Origin: Parcubacteria group bacterium
GTDB lineage: Bacteria; Patescibacteriota; Minisyncoccia; Moranbacterales; UBA2206
Length of the DNA: 64,000 bases
Assembly (NCBI GenBank): GCA_041661275.1
Contig: JBAZUU010000004.1
Span: forward strand, 71,480 to 135,479
Direction: 5' to 3'
Each line of letters starts with the position of its first letter. Within the stretch, counting starts at the first letter, position 1. Below, in pieces: positions 1 to 8,723 of this stretch. The position numbers and the translations under genes are program-made. A model generated the notes under the pieces. It had not been told where the DNA came from, searched no databases, and saw only the letters and a program-made list of their open reading frames with translations.

Positions 1-1
1 A

Positions 2-1354
2 CCAGATCTCCCCAGCCTTCTTTACCAAGGCATCACTACTATTGTTGGCGGAAATTGCGGCTCTTCACTTTCTCCCTTGGCCGACGCCTCAACTATTGAA
101 TCAATTCAAAAATGGATAGATCTGAAAAAGATTAGCGTGGATTGGCTGCGAGAAAAAGAATTTTTTGCATCTTTATCCAAGCGGAAAATTTCTGTCAATT
201 TTGCGACTCTGGTTGGACATGCAACATTGCGAAGGGGGATATTAAAAAATGAATCAAGAAGCCTCAACCGAAAGGAGCTTAATTTTATAAAAAAATTATT
301 GCTAGATTCAATGAAAGAAGGAGCAATGGGAATGTCAACTGGTCTCGTATATACGCATGCAAGAATGGCGTCAAGAGAAGAGATAATAGAATTGGCGGAA
401 GTGGTGGCGAAATCAGGCGGAGTCTACACAACGCATGTTCGAGGAGAAAAGGAGGAACTAATTTCTGCTATTGAAGAAGCGGTCGAGATCGGAGACGCAG
501 CCCGCGTGAAAGTACATATATCACATCTAAAAGCGATGGGAAAGAAAAACTGGCCCAAAATGATTGATGCTCTCGCTATCATTGATAACGCCAAAAAGAA
601 CGGAATTGATATCACCTTTGATGTTTATCCATATACGGCCACAGGATCGGTTCTCTATACCCTCCTTCCTTCTTGGGTAGCCGAAGGAGGAAAGAGAATA
701 ATGATTCATAGACTAAAAGACCCTGTTACTAGGAAAAAAGTGATAACTGAGATGAAAGACAGTGGATTCGACTATGATCAAGTAGAAATTGCCATTTCTC
801 CGCTTAATAAGACTTTGGCGCGAAGAAAAATAACAGAAATTGCCAAGTCCCAGGAAAAGTCTGCGGAAGAGGCGATCATTGATATTTTGATCGCGTCAGA
901 AGGAAGGGTGATAAGTTCTATGGAAGTTCTCTCCGAAGAAAATGTGAAGAAAGCCATAAAGCATCCACTGTCCATAATCTCTACTAATGGATCCGGATAT
1001 TCCGAAGCTCACAGGGAAACAGGAGAGGTGGTCCATCCAAGATGTTTCGGGGCATTCACCAAGGTACTGGAAGATTATGTGAAAAAACAATCTATATTAA
1101 GCTGGGAAGAAGCAATAAAAAAAATGACGTCAATGCCAGCAGAAAAATTCGGTATCAAAAAACGTGGTATTTTAGCTCCAAAGTATTTTGCTGACATTAA
1201 TATTATTGATCCGGAAAAATTGTCCAGTCCTGCTACCAAGGAAAATCCATACCAGTATTCCAAGGGTATTGACGCTATGCTGGTTAATGGTAAAGTGGTT
1301 ATAAGCGACGGGAAGTATACAGGGAGTAGAGAGGGGAAGATTATAAAACGTTAA
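2..1354 (+). CDS. N-acyl-D-amino-acid deacylase (D-aminoacylase) family amidohydrolase, 5' partial (runs off window start)
   Basis: Frame 2 is open from the window start: PDLPSLLYQGITTIVGGNCGSSLSPLADAS... The GNCG motif and the C-terminal amidohydrolase-type segment (ADINIIDPEKL...LVNGKVVI) fit the D-aminoacylase/Amidohydro_3 family. Confidence 0.55.
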   Translation, partial: PDLPSLLYQGITTIVGGNCGSSLSPLADASTIESIQKWIDLKKISVDWLREKEFFASLSKRKISVNFATLVGHATLRRGILKNESRSLNRKELNFIKKLLLDSMKEGAMGMSTGLVYTHARMASREEIIELAEVVAKSGGVYTTHVRGEKEELISAIEEAVEIGDAARVKVHISHLKAMGKKNWPKMIDALAIIDNAKKNGIDITFDVYPYTATGSVLYTLLPSWVAEGGKRIMIHRLKDPVTRKKVITEMKDSGFDYDQVEIAISPLNKTLARRKITEIAKSQEKSAEEAIIDILIASEGRVISSMEVLSEENVKKAIKHPLSIISTNGSGYSEAHRETGEVVHPRCFGAFTKVLEDYVKKQSILSWEEAIKKMTSMPAEKFGIKKRGILAPKYFADINIIDPEKLSSPATKENPYQYSKGIDAMLVNGKVVISDGKYTGSREGKIIKR

Positions 1355-1372
1355 GAACAGGCTTTAATAATC

Positions 1373-1560
1373 AATAACCAAGAAACAAGATACAAACAAA
1401 TCACAAATCCAAAATAACAAATCACAAATAAATTCAAAATTCAAATATCCTAAATCCAAAACCGTTTTGAATTTTAAAAATTGTAATTTGTAATTTATTT
1501 GGAATTTGGTGCTTGTAATTTGGAATTTGTTTGATTATTGCGTCTTGTATCTTGGTTATT
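1373..1560. repeat. Long imperfect palindrome (~188 bp). Left arm is CAAAT-rich, right arm ATTTG-rich. Related to the element at 63395-63540.
   Basis: Left arm aataaccaagaaacaagatac... and right arm ...gtcttgtatcttggttatt are reverse complements with indels. The centre lies near 1466. The segment caaacaaattccaaattacaa (on rc) is shared with 63430. Confidence 0.6.
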
Positions 1561-1567
1561 TTTTTAT

Positions 1568-2968
1568 ATGAAAATAGAAGATCTAAAAAACAAGAAAATA
1601 ACAGTTATGGGTCTCGGTCTTCATGGAGGCGGTGTGGCGATCGCGAAATTTTTGTGCGCGAATGGCGCCGTAGTTACCGTAACAGACATAAAATCCAAAG
1701 AAGAATTGGCGCCGTCAATTGAAAAACTGAAAAATTGCAAAAATATCACCTTTGTTTTTAATGCTCATCGGCCGGAAGATTTTACCAAGGTCGACATGAT
1801 AATCAAAAATCCGGCTGCACCCTGGACCAATAAATATGTAAAAATGGCGCTCGATGCAGGGATTCCGGTAGAAAGTGATTCCAGTTTGTTTTTCAAGTTT
1901 ACAAAAAACGAAATTATCGGCGTGACCGGAACAAAAGGAAAAACTACTACCGCTACCCTTATTTATGAAATTTTAAAAGCGGCCGGAAAATCGGTAATGA
2001 AAGTTGGCATTGGTCAGGTCAGTGTTCTTGATAAAATACCAGAACTCAAAAAAGATACAATTGTTGTTTTTGAGCTTTCTTCCTGGCGGCTGTCAGCTTT
2101 GGGACGACACAAACTGTCTCCTAAGGTTGCTGTTATCACTAATATATATCCAGACCATTTGAATTACTATAAAACAATGGAGGAATATCTGAATGATAAA
2201 AAATATATTTTTAAAAACCAAACTTCCAGCGATTGGTGCGTCATAAATCAGGATGATGCCAAGCTTGATATTTTGGAACCGGAAATAAAATCGCAAATAA
2301 TAAAATTTTCTAAGCAGAAGATTAATTCGGGGAAAACAGTTTATGCCGCGGATGGCGCTATCTATCTCAATAATGGGATAGATGAGAAAAAAATAATTGA
2401 TGTGGCGGATATAAAAATAAAGGGAGCGCATAATCGAGAGAATATTATGGCGGCTATCGCGGCGGTTTCTATATACAATATCGATCCTAAAATCATAAAA
2501 AAGACGATTGCCGAGTTTACGGGAGTTGCTCATAGATTAGAACTAGTCCGTGAACTTAACGGCGTGAAATATATAAACGATACGGCGGCTACCACTCCAG
2601 AATCAGCGATTTTTGGCCTCAATTCGTATTCTGAACCTATCATTCTCATCTGTGGCGGATCGGATAAAAATCTAGATGTGGCGGAATTCGGCGCAGAAAT
2701 AGTGAGAAAAGCCAAGGGAGTAATTTTTTTGAAAGGCGCGGCGACAGAAAAAATAATCGCGGCTATCAAAAATAATCTGCCCGAACTGGAAAAGTTTAAA
2801 TCATTCTCTATTGTTGACTCTATGGCTAAGGCCGTGGAACTGGCTCGATTAGAAGCTGTTTCTGGCGATATTGTCTTGCTTTCTCCTGGCGCCGCTAGTT
2901 TTGGAATGTTTCAAAATGAGTTTGACAGGGGGGACAAGTTTAAAGAAGCGGTAAAAGCGTTAAAATAA
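1568..2968 (+). CDS. murD: UDP-N-acetylmuramoyl-L-alanine--D-glutamate ligase MurD
   Basis: N-terminal Rossmann segment KKITVMGLGLHGGGVAIAKFL, Mur ligase P-loop GVTGTKGKTTTATL and a C-terminal Mur ligase domain. ATG at 1568 preferred over the upstream extension. Confidence 0.85.
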   Translation: MKIEDLKNKKITVMGLGLHGGGVAIAKFLCANGAVVTVTDIKSKEELAPSIEKLKNCKNITFVFNAHRPEDFTKVDMIIKNPAAPWTNKYVKMALDAGIPVESDSSLFFKFTKNEIIGVTGTKGKTTTATLIYEILKAAGKSVMKVGIGQVSVLDKIPELKKDTIVVFELSSWRLSALGRHKLSPKVAVITNIYPDHLNYYKTMEEYLNDKKYIFKNQTSSDWCVINQDDAKLDILEPEIKSQIIKFSKQKINSGKTVYAADGAIYLNNGIDEKKIIDVADIKIKGAHNRENIMAAIAAVSIYNIDPKIIKKTIAEFTGVAHRLELVRELNGVKYINDTAATTPESAIFGLNSYSEPIILICGGSDKNLDVAEFGAEIVRKAKGVIFLKGAATEKIIAAIKNNLPELEKFKSFSIVDSMAKAVELARLEAVSGDIVLLSPGAASFGMFQNEFDRGDKFKEAVKALK

Positions 2969-2971
2969 AAA

Positions 2972-2996
2972 ATCCCCAGTGATGGGGATTCTTTTA
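2972..2996 (+). terminator. Rho-independent terminator after murD
   Basis: Hairpin aatccccagtgatggggatt followed by cttttat. Confidence 0.6.
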
Positions 2997-3006
2997 TCCG
3001 TTTTGT

Positions 3007-3774
3007 TTAAAAAATCTTTTTTTTGATAACAAACTTATTTTTTAGCATACTCCCAAGAGTCGTTTTTATTGAATCTGTTATGTCGGAAAAATAATATACG
3101 TCATTTGCGTTTAATTTCCTTGGCATATTGGCAACTTCTTTAGCTATTTCACGGGCAGAACTTATCAGGTTTACTTTCGGATCGAGGATATCCAAAATTA
3201 TTTCTTCCAAGTAGGGATAGTGCGTGCAACCCAAAACCAAAACATCGACGCTGTCCTTTATATTGTCGAGATATTCCTTAGCGATCAATTTTGTTGCGGC
3301 ATGCTGGATCAATCCTTCTTCCACTAGCGGAACAAATAGCGGACAGGCCTTTTGTATCACTTCTATTTTGGAATTAACTTTTTTTATTTTGTCTCGATAA
3401 ATATTGCTCCTAATCGTTCCTGTTGTTCCAATTATTCCAACTTTATAATTTTTATTTTTTTCGGCTTCTAGCTTTATTTTTTCGATGACAGGATCGATTA
3501 CGTTATAAAATTTTATTTGGGTATATTTATTTTTTAAATGTTCGCTGGCCAGAGCTGAGGCAGTATTGCAGGCAATGATTATTTCTTTTATGCCTTGCTC
3601 GATAAAAAACCGACTTATTTCGTCGGCGTAACTAATTATCGTATCAGCGCTTTTATTTCCCCATGGATAGCGGGCGGTGTCGCCAAAATACATGACGGGA
3701 AATTTCGGATTTATCTTTTTCAATTCCGAAACAACAGAAAGCCCGCCGATACCGCTGTCAAAAATACCAATCAT
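3007..3774 (-). CDS. murI: Glutamate racemase MurI
   Basis: MIGIFDSGIGGLSVV... signature and both conserved Cys regions (IIACNTAS, VLGCTHYP). The start is trimmed to MIGIF because the longer ORF would overlap the tRNA. Confidence 0.85.
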   Translation of the reverse strand: MIGIFDSGIGGLSVVSELKKINPKFPVMYFGDTARYPWGNKSADTIISYADEISRFFIEQGIKEIIIACNTASALASEHLKNKYTQIKFYNVIDPVIEKIKLEAEKNKNYKVGIIGTTGTIRSNIYRDKIKKVNSKIEVIQKACPLFVPLVEEGLIQHAATKLIAKEYLDNIKDSVDVLVLGCTHYPYLEEIILDILDPKVNLISSAREIAKEVANMPRKLNANDVYYFSDITDSIKTTLGSMLKNKFVIKKKIF

Positions 3775-3795
3775 TTGTTTGAAGATTTTAATTTG

Positions 3796-3869
3796 TGGGC
3801 GTATCTGGACTCGAACCAGAGACCTCGTCATTATCAGTGACGCGCTCTAACCAACTGAGCTATACGCCC
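3796..3869 (-). tRNA. tRNA-Ile (anticodon GAT)
   Basis: rc reads gggcgta/tagctcagttggttagagc/gcgtca-ctgataa-tgacg/aggtc/tctggttcgagtccaga/tacgccc. Cloverleaf is complete. No CCA is encoded. Confidence 0.85.
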
Positions 3870-3874
3870 GAATG

Positions 3875-3947
3875 TGGACTGTGCCGGACTCGAACCGGCC
3901 GCCTCCTGCGTGCAAAGCAGGCGCTCTACCAGATGAGCTAACAGCCC
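3875..3947 (-). tRNA. tRNA-Ala (anticodon TGC) with G3:U70
   Basis: rc reads gggctgt ta gctcatctggtagagc g cctgc tttgcac gcagg aggcg gccggttcgagtccggc acagtcc a. The G3:U70 Ala identity pair is present. Confidence 0.85.
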
Positions 3948-4119
3948 GCAAACTATTTAAAAAACAGGCGAGAGGCCTATAAATAGTGTAATCAGGTAAC
4001 TAGAAATTATTATACATCAAATAATAGCCTTGTCCAGCGAAATTTGACACAATTCACAAAATAATATAATATATAGATACACAAAAAAGCCCAGAGGGGC
4101 TTTTAAAAAAGCTCTAAAT

Positions 4120-4305
4120 ATGAATAAAATCATCCATTTTTTGAAGGACGCCAAGACCGAACTGCAAAAGGTCAATTGGCCGACCAAAAAACAAACTATC
4201 AATTATACAGCGGCTGTCATTGCCATCAGTATTGCTATTGCCTTGTTTTTGGGCGCACTGGACTACATTTTCGAAGCTATTTTAAACAAATTTATATTAA
4301 AATAA
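4120..4305 (+). CDS. secE: Preprotein translocase subunit SecE
   Basis: 61-aa protein with a single C-terminal TM helix immediately upstream of nusG (canonical secE-nusG-rplK-rplA order). Confidence 0.75.
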   Translation: MNKIIHFLKDAKTELQKVNWPTKKQTINYTAAVIAISIAIALFLGALDYIFEAILNKFILK

Positions 4306-4306
4306 T

Positions 4307-4852
4307 ATGGCTAAACAATCCCAACATCACGGGCGAGCGTGGTATGTGCTCCATACATATTCCGGATATGAAGACAATGTGTCACGGAACCTGAAGCAAC
4401 GTATCGAATCGATGGATATGCAAGACCTCATCTTCGATGTAATGGTACCGACGGAAAAGAAAATAAAGATCAAGGCTGGGAAAAGAACAGTTGTTGAAGA
4501 AAAAATTTATCCCGGATATGTCCTGGTTGATATGATCGTCACTGACGCTTCTTGGTATGTAGTACGAAACACTCCAAATGTAACCGGATTTATCGGTCTT
4601 GGAACCACTCCGACGCCGGTTGATCCGCGGGAAATCGAGATGCTCAAAAAACGAATGGGTGTATCCGAACCGAAATATAAGATTGATGTGCAGACAGGTG
4701 ATGCAGTGAAGATCACTGACGGACCATTTAAGGATTTTGACGGAAAAGTTTCAGATGTGGATGAGGAAAAGGGAAGAGTGAAGGTGCTGGTTTCAATATT
4801 TGGAAGAGAGACACCAGTGGAATTAGACTTTTTGCAGATAAATAAAATATAA
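4307..4852 (+). CDS. nusG: Transcription termination/antitermination factor NusG
   Basis: WYVLHTYSGYEDNV NGN domain and C-terminal KOW motif (GDAVKITDGPFKDFDGKV). Confidence 0.9.
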   Translation: MAKQSQHHGRAWYVLHTYSGYEDNVSRNLKQRIESMDMQDLIFDVMVPTEKKIKIKAGKRTVVEEKIYPGYVLVDMIVTDASWYVVRNTPNVTGFIGLGTTPTPVDPREIEMLKKRMGVSEPKYKIDVQTGDAVKITDGPFKDFDGKVSDVDEEKGRVKVLVSIFGRETPVELDFLQINKI

Positions 4853-4858
4853 TTATTT

Positions 4859-4956
4859 CCTACAAAATTACAAAATACATACAAAATTACAAAAGTACAA
4901 AGGCAGATAATATTTCGCAGTTTTGTATTTTTGTAAATTTTTGTATTTTTGTAGGG
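4859..4956. repeat. Imperfect palindrome (acaaaattacaaaa / ttttgtaatttt arms) between nusG and rplK
   Basis: cctacaaaattacaaaatacatacaaaattacaaaagtacaaa ... tttgtatttttgtaaatttttgtatttttgtaggg. The arms are reverse complements. Confidence 0.5.
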
Positions 4957-4964
4957 TTACGAAC

Positions 4965-5387
4965 ATGGCTAAGAAAGTAAAAACTATAATAAAGTTACAA
5001 ATTCCAGCGGGAAAAGCTAATCCGGCGCCTCCAGTGGGACCAGCCTTGGGTCAGCATGGTTTGAATATCCAGGAATTTTGCACCAAATTCAATGAGCAGA
5101 CTCGGGACAAGGGATCTGACATTATTCCGGCTGAAATTACTGTTTTTGAAGACAGAACTTTCACTTTTATCCTGAAAACTCCTCCGGCATCTGATCTTCT
5201 GCGAAAAGCAGCGGGAGTAGAAAAGGGCGCGGGGAATCCTCTAAAAGACAAAGTGGGAAAAATTTCTAAAGATAAACTGCGAGAAATTGCGGAAAAGAAA
5301 TTACCAGACCTCAATGCTAATGATGTAGAAGGAGCGGAGAAGATCATCGCCGGGACAGCAAGAAGTATGGGGATAAAGATTGAGTAG
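4965..5387 (+). CDS. rplK: 50S ribosomal protein L11
   Basis: [39 protein letters not shown] matches the L11 N-terminal domain. Confidence 0.9.
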   Translation: MAKKVKTIIKLQIPAGKANPAPPVGPALGQHGLNIQEFCTKFNEQTRDKGSDIIPAEITVFEDRTFTFILKTPPASDLLRKAAGVEKGAGNPLKDKVGKISKDKLREIAEKKLPDLNANDVEGAEKIIAGTARSMGIKIE

Positions 5388-5552
5388 TGTTTGGAAGTTG
5401 GTTTATTGGAAAAAAGAAGATAGTTCAGGAAAACGGAAATAAGAAATAAGATTCCATTTTCTAATTTCTTCTTTCTGGAACCAATTTCTATTTTCTAATT
5501 AACTAATTTCTAAGTGGGAGAGCATTACAGCTCGTATGTACCACGAAAATAT

Positions 5553-6245
5553 ATGAAACATGGTAAAAAGTATCGAGCGGCCTATGAAAAACTGGATCGC
5601 GAAAAAGTTTACAGTTTAGACGAAGCTGTGAAGTTTATGAAGGAAAACAAGATTGCTAAGTTTGATGAATCAGTGGAAGTGCACATCAGAACTAATGTTG
5701 ATACTAAAAAGGGTGACCAGCAAGTGCGCGGAACGGTCAATTTGCCACACGGAACAGGAAAAAACAAGAAGATCGCGGTGATCACCTCAACTGCTGCCAA
5801 AGAGGCGAAAGAAGCCGGAGCGGACATCGTGGGTGGTGAGGAAATGATCGAGAAGATAAAGAGCGGAAAAATGCTGGCAGGGAAAGAAACCTTTGATATT
5901 TTAGTGGCGACTCCCGAGATGATGCCAAAGCTGGCGCAGGTGGCCAAAATTTTGGGACCGAAAGGCCTGATGCCAAATCCAAAAACTGATACAGTAACGA
6001 CCAAGGTCAAGGAGACAGTGGCGGCGCTCAAAAAAGGAAAAGCGGCTTTCAAAAATGATGACTCGGGGAACATTCATCAGATCGTCGGCAAAGTTTCTTT
6101 TGATGATCAAAAATTAGTTGATAATATTAGAACTTTTGTCGAAGCGGTGGAAAAATCAAAACCATCAGGACTGAAAGGAAGACTTATCAGTAATATTACC
6201 GCCTGCTCAACAATGGGAGTGGGATTGAAAATCAGCGTGAAATAA
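5553..6245 (+). CDS. rplA: 50S ribosomal protein L1
   Basis: MKHGKKYRAAYEKLDREKVYSLDEAVKF...VHIRTNVDTKKGDQQVRGTVNLPHGTGK matches L1. The upstream repeat-rich leader could be the L1 autoregulatory site. Confidence 0.9.
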   Translation: MKHGKKYRAAYEKLDREKVYSLDEAVKFMKENKIAKFDESVEVHIRTNVDTKKGDQQVRGTVNLPHGTGKNKKIAVITSTAAKEAKEAGADIVGGEEMIEKIKSGKMLAGKETFDILVATPEMMPKLAQVAKILGPKGLMPNPKTDTVTTKVKETVAALKKGKAAFKNDDSGNIHQIVGKVSFDDQKLVDNIRTFVEAVEKSKPSGLKGRLISNITACSTMGVGLKISVK

Positions 6246-6334
6246 AACTAGATTTGATTTTTTAGCTGAAATATGCTATAATAGATAAAGCGGGTGAAAT
6301 ACCCGTTTTTATTTATTTTTATAAAAGCAATAAT

Positions 6335-6793
6335 ATGGCTATACGTATAGGAACAAATTTACCCAAAGGAACAGTGGCCGATGGCAAATCTTTAGGTTTT
6401 GATCCAAAGCGCAGTAAATTTATACAGGGACTTCTAAAAGATAAAGACGCAAGAGGAGCATTGGATAAACCTCAAGAAAGAAAACTGGTTTATGATGCTT
6501 TTAAAAGGCAGATGGGCAAAACTCCCAGAAATATAACCAACAGAGATGTGCGGGCTGTATTAGGAGCTTTTGGAACAGGAGAAATTGACCTGAAGGAAAG
6601 GCAGGCATTAGGAAAGGCGCTTCTTGGCAATGGATCATTTGTAAAGAAATATGATACTATTTCCAAAGAAAAGAAAGATTTTCTTTTAGGAAAAAGCAAC
6701 CCTGTAGTCGATCCTCGCAATGGAAGCTTGTCGACGACTAAACCCGGAAGTTCTTCAGGGAAAAGCGTCACTAGACATTCAGGTTTATTCTAA
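6335..6793 (+). CDS. Hypothetical protein (152 aa, basic, no recognised domain) occupying the position where rplJ is normally found
   Basis: Clean ORF preceded by a terminator and a TGCTATAAT -10 element. No similarity recognised by eye. Confidence 0.4.
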   Translation: MAIRIGTNLPKGTVADGKSLGFDPKRSKFIQGLLKDKDARGALDKPQERKLVYDAFKRQMGKTPRNITNRDVRAVLGAFGTGEIDLKERQALGKALLGNGSFVKKYDTISKEKKDFLLGKSNPVVDPRNGSLSTTKPGSSSGKSVTRHSGLF

Positions 6794-6886
6794 ATTGTAA
6801 AAGCAAAAAAGCGTTAAGAGCGCTTTTTCTATTGACTACCGGCAATACTTTTGATAGGATAATAAGGTGTTTAAAGGATAAATCAC

Positions 6887-7453
6887 ATGGACAAGAGAAA
6901 AATAGTAATAGGTCTCATAGGAGAGAAGGGTGCTGGAAAAGGCACTGTTTCTGATTATCTCATTGAAAAATATAAAGCCATCCACTACGGAACTTCAAAG
7001 ATACTTCGAAGGACGCTAGAGGACTTGCATCTGCCTGTCACGCGAGACAATTTAGTTAAGTTAGCCCTAGTTCTCAAAGAAGGCTATGGTCCATCGGTCA
7101 TCATTGATTCGCTTATCACAGATATGGAAAAGAATGGGTCGGATATCATCATCGCTGACGGAATCAGGATGCATGGCGATGTGGAACCGTTCAAGAAAAA
7201 ATATGGGCCGGATTTTTATCTGGTATATGTGACGGCTGACACGCGCTTGCGTTATGAGCGGACAAAAGCCAGAAAGCAAAACCACGGCGAAGAAAAGACT
7301 TCGTTCCAGGAATTTTTAGAAGAAGAAGCCAAGCTAACGGAAATCTCCATCCATGAAATAGGCAAGCAGGCTGACTTCAAACTTTCCAACAATGGCGCGC
7401 CGGAAGATCTCATCAAGCAAGTAGAGGAAATGCTTAAAGGCATATTGAAATAG
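6887..7453 (+). CDS. P-loop nucleoside/nucleotide kinase-like protein (CoaE/dNMP-kinase-like), paralog 1
   Basis: Walker A GLIGEKGAGKGT, DGIR motif, LID-like RLRYERTKAR, and a C-terminal SNNGAPEDL that matches the CoaE-type DNNGAPD ending. Confidence 0.6.
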   Translation: MDKRKIVIGLIGEKGAGKGTVSDYLIEKYKAIHYGTSKILRRTLEDLHLPVTRDNLVKLALVLKEGYGPSVIIDSLITDMEKNGSDIIIADGIRMHGDVEPFKKKYGPDFYLVYVTADTRLRYERTKARKQNHGEEKTSFQEFLEEEAKLTEISIHEIGKQADFKLSNNGAPEDLIKQVEEMLKGILK

Positions 7454-7459
7454 ACCTAC

Positions 7460-7491
7460 AATCCCGTCGCTCGCGAGCGACGGGATTTTTT
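7460..7491 (+). terminator. Rho-independent terminator
   Basis: aatcccgtcgctcgcgagcgacgggatttttt: 12-bp GC-rich stem plus T6. Confidence 0.65.
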
Positions 7492-7539
7492 GACCCCGAT
7501 TTTAATAAATAGTACAATAGAAAAACCTAATATAGCCAT

Positions 7540-8109
7540 ATGAAAATAGTCATTGGGACAGCGGGGGAGATAGCCAGTGGGAAAGAAACTGTGGCACGAT
7601 ATATCATCAAAAAATACGGCGGGTCTTTGTATAGATTTTCCGATTCTCTTCGCGAAATCCTGACCAGGATGCATCTGCCTGCCGACAGATCAAATTATCA
7701 CAAGATTTCCATGGCTTTGCGAGAGTATTTTGGTCAGGATGCACTTTCGCGGATTGTCTATAACGACATTAAAAAAAGCAAAAATAAAATAATTATTCTT
7801 GACGGGATTAGAAGGAAATCAGATACTGAATATTTGAAAGATATTAAAGGGTTTAAACTTATCTTCATTGACGCCAAGATAGAAACAAGACTAGTTAGAT
7901 TAAAAGCAAGAAAAGAAAAGCCCGATGATAAGAATAAGAGCATTGCTAAGTTTAAAAAAGAGCATGAGTCAGAAGTGGAAATAAAAATAAGAAAACTCAA
8001 GAAAATAGCTGATTTTGTGGTTGATAATAATGGTGAAAAAACGAAGCTTTTCCAGCAAATTGATCAAATCATTGATAGGATTTCCAAGAAAAAGAGTAAT
8101 TTGGTATAA
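7540..8109 (+). CDS. P-loop kinase-like protein, paralog 2 (degenerate Walker A GEIASGKET)
   Basis: Same architecture as 6887..7453 (MHLPADRSNY ~ LHLPVTRDNL; DGIRRK; RLVRLKARK; DNNGEKT). Tandem duplicate. Confidence 0.55.
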   Translation: MKIVIGTAGEIASGKETVARYIIKKYGGSLYRFSDSLREILTRMHLPADRSNYHKISMALREYFGQDALSRIVYNDIKKSKNKIIILDGIRRKSDTEYLKDIKGFKLIFIDAKIETRLVRLKARKEKPDDKNKSIAKFKKEHESEVEIKIRKLKKIADFVVDNNGEKTKLFQQIDQIIDRISKKKSNLV

Positions 8110-8183
8110 TTAGTTTACATTGCGCAACTGGGGATAATTTCAGTTACGCATTATTTTATCTCTAAACACTAACAACAACAAAA

Positions 8184-8705
8184 ATGGCAAAACCGTCCAA
8201 TGCAAAAAAAACCAGACTGAATTGGGATGAATTATTTATGAACATGGCTGTTCTGGCCGCTGAAAGAACCGCCTGTAAATTTGTGAGAGCGGGAGCAGTG
8301 TACGTTGATCACAATCATCGGGTAATTTCCTTGGGTTACAATGGGCCGACTGAAGGGGACTATCATTGCATCGATGTCGGATGCGCCAAAGTGGACGGAG
8401 ATCCGAAAACCAAAAAACTGAAACGATGTCGCGGAGCGCATGCTGAAATGAATGGCATCGCTAACGCGGTTGACACTACCCGACTCCGTGGCGCCACACT
8501 TTATTCTGCTACTTTTCCGTGTTATGACTGTATGAAAGCGCTTAATAACGCGGGAATAAAAGAAATTGTCTACTACACCGAATATAAAAGGATCCAGACC
8601 GGCGGAGAGAAAAAGGAAGAAGAGAATGAGGCTTGGGAGCTGGCCAAAAAACGAAAAATAAAAGTACGGAAATATAAAGGAGAGCTTAATCAAAAAATAA
8701 GTTAA
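8184..8705 (+). CDS. dCMP deaminase (ComEB/CDA family)
   Basis: HAEMNGIANA zinc-binding motif with PCYDC. dCMP deaminase length and motif spacing. Confidence 0.85.
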   Translation: MAKPSNAKKTRLNWDELFMNMAVLAAERTACKFVRAGAVYVDHNHRVISLGYNGPTEGDYHCIDVGCAKVDGDPKTKKLKRCRGAHAEMNGIANAVDTTRLRGATLYSATFPCYDCMKALNNAGIKEIVYYTEYKRIQTGGEKKEEENEAWELAKKRKIKVRKYKGELNQKIS

Positions 8706-8723
8706 AAAATCTTTTATAAAACT

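Noticed and set aside
1531-1722. 63-aa ORF and the extended 1538 start for murD
   Set aside because: The 1531 ORF is an out-of-frame overlap of the murD 5' end. The 10-codon N-terminal extension of murD lies inside the intergenic palindrome and lacks an SD, so the ATG at 1568 is preferred.
3595-3840. 81-aa plus-strand ORF
   Set aside because: Lies antisense within murI and runs across the tRNA-Ile gene. Not credible.
4085-4112. Hairpin agccc-aga-gggct + T-run upstream of secE as a terminator
   Set aside because: Orientation and position are ambiguous. It lies upstream of plus-strand secE and upstream, in the minus sense, of the tRNA pair. It might be an attenuator or a promoter-proximal structure, so it is not listed as a feature.
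6246-6334. Possible pseudogenised rplJ/rplL downstream of rplA
   Set aside because: No residual similarity to L10 or L7/L12 in any frame. Instead there is a clean terminator plus a TGCTATAAT promoter. The genes are simply located elsewhere.
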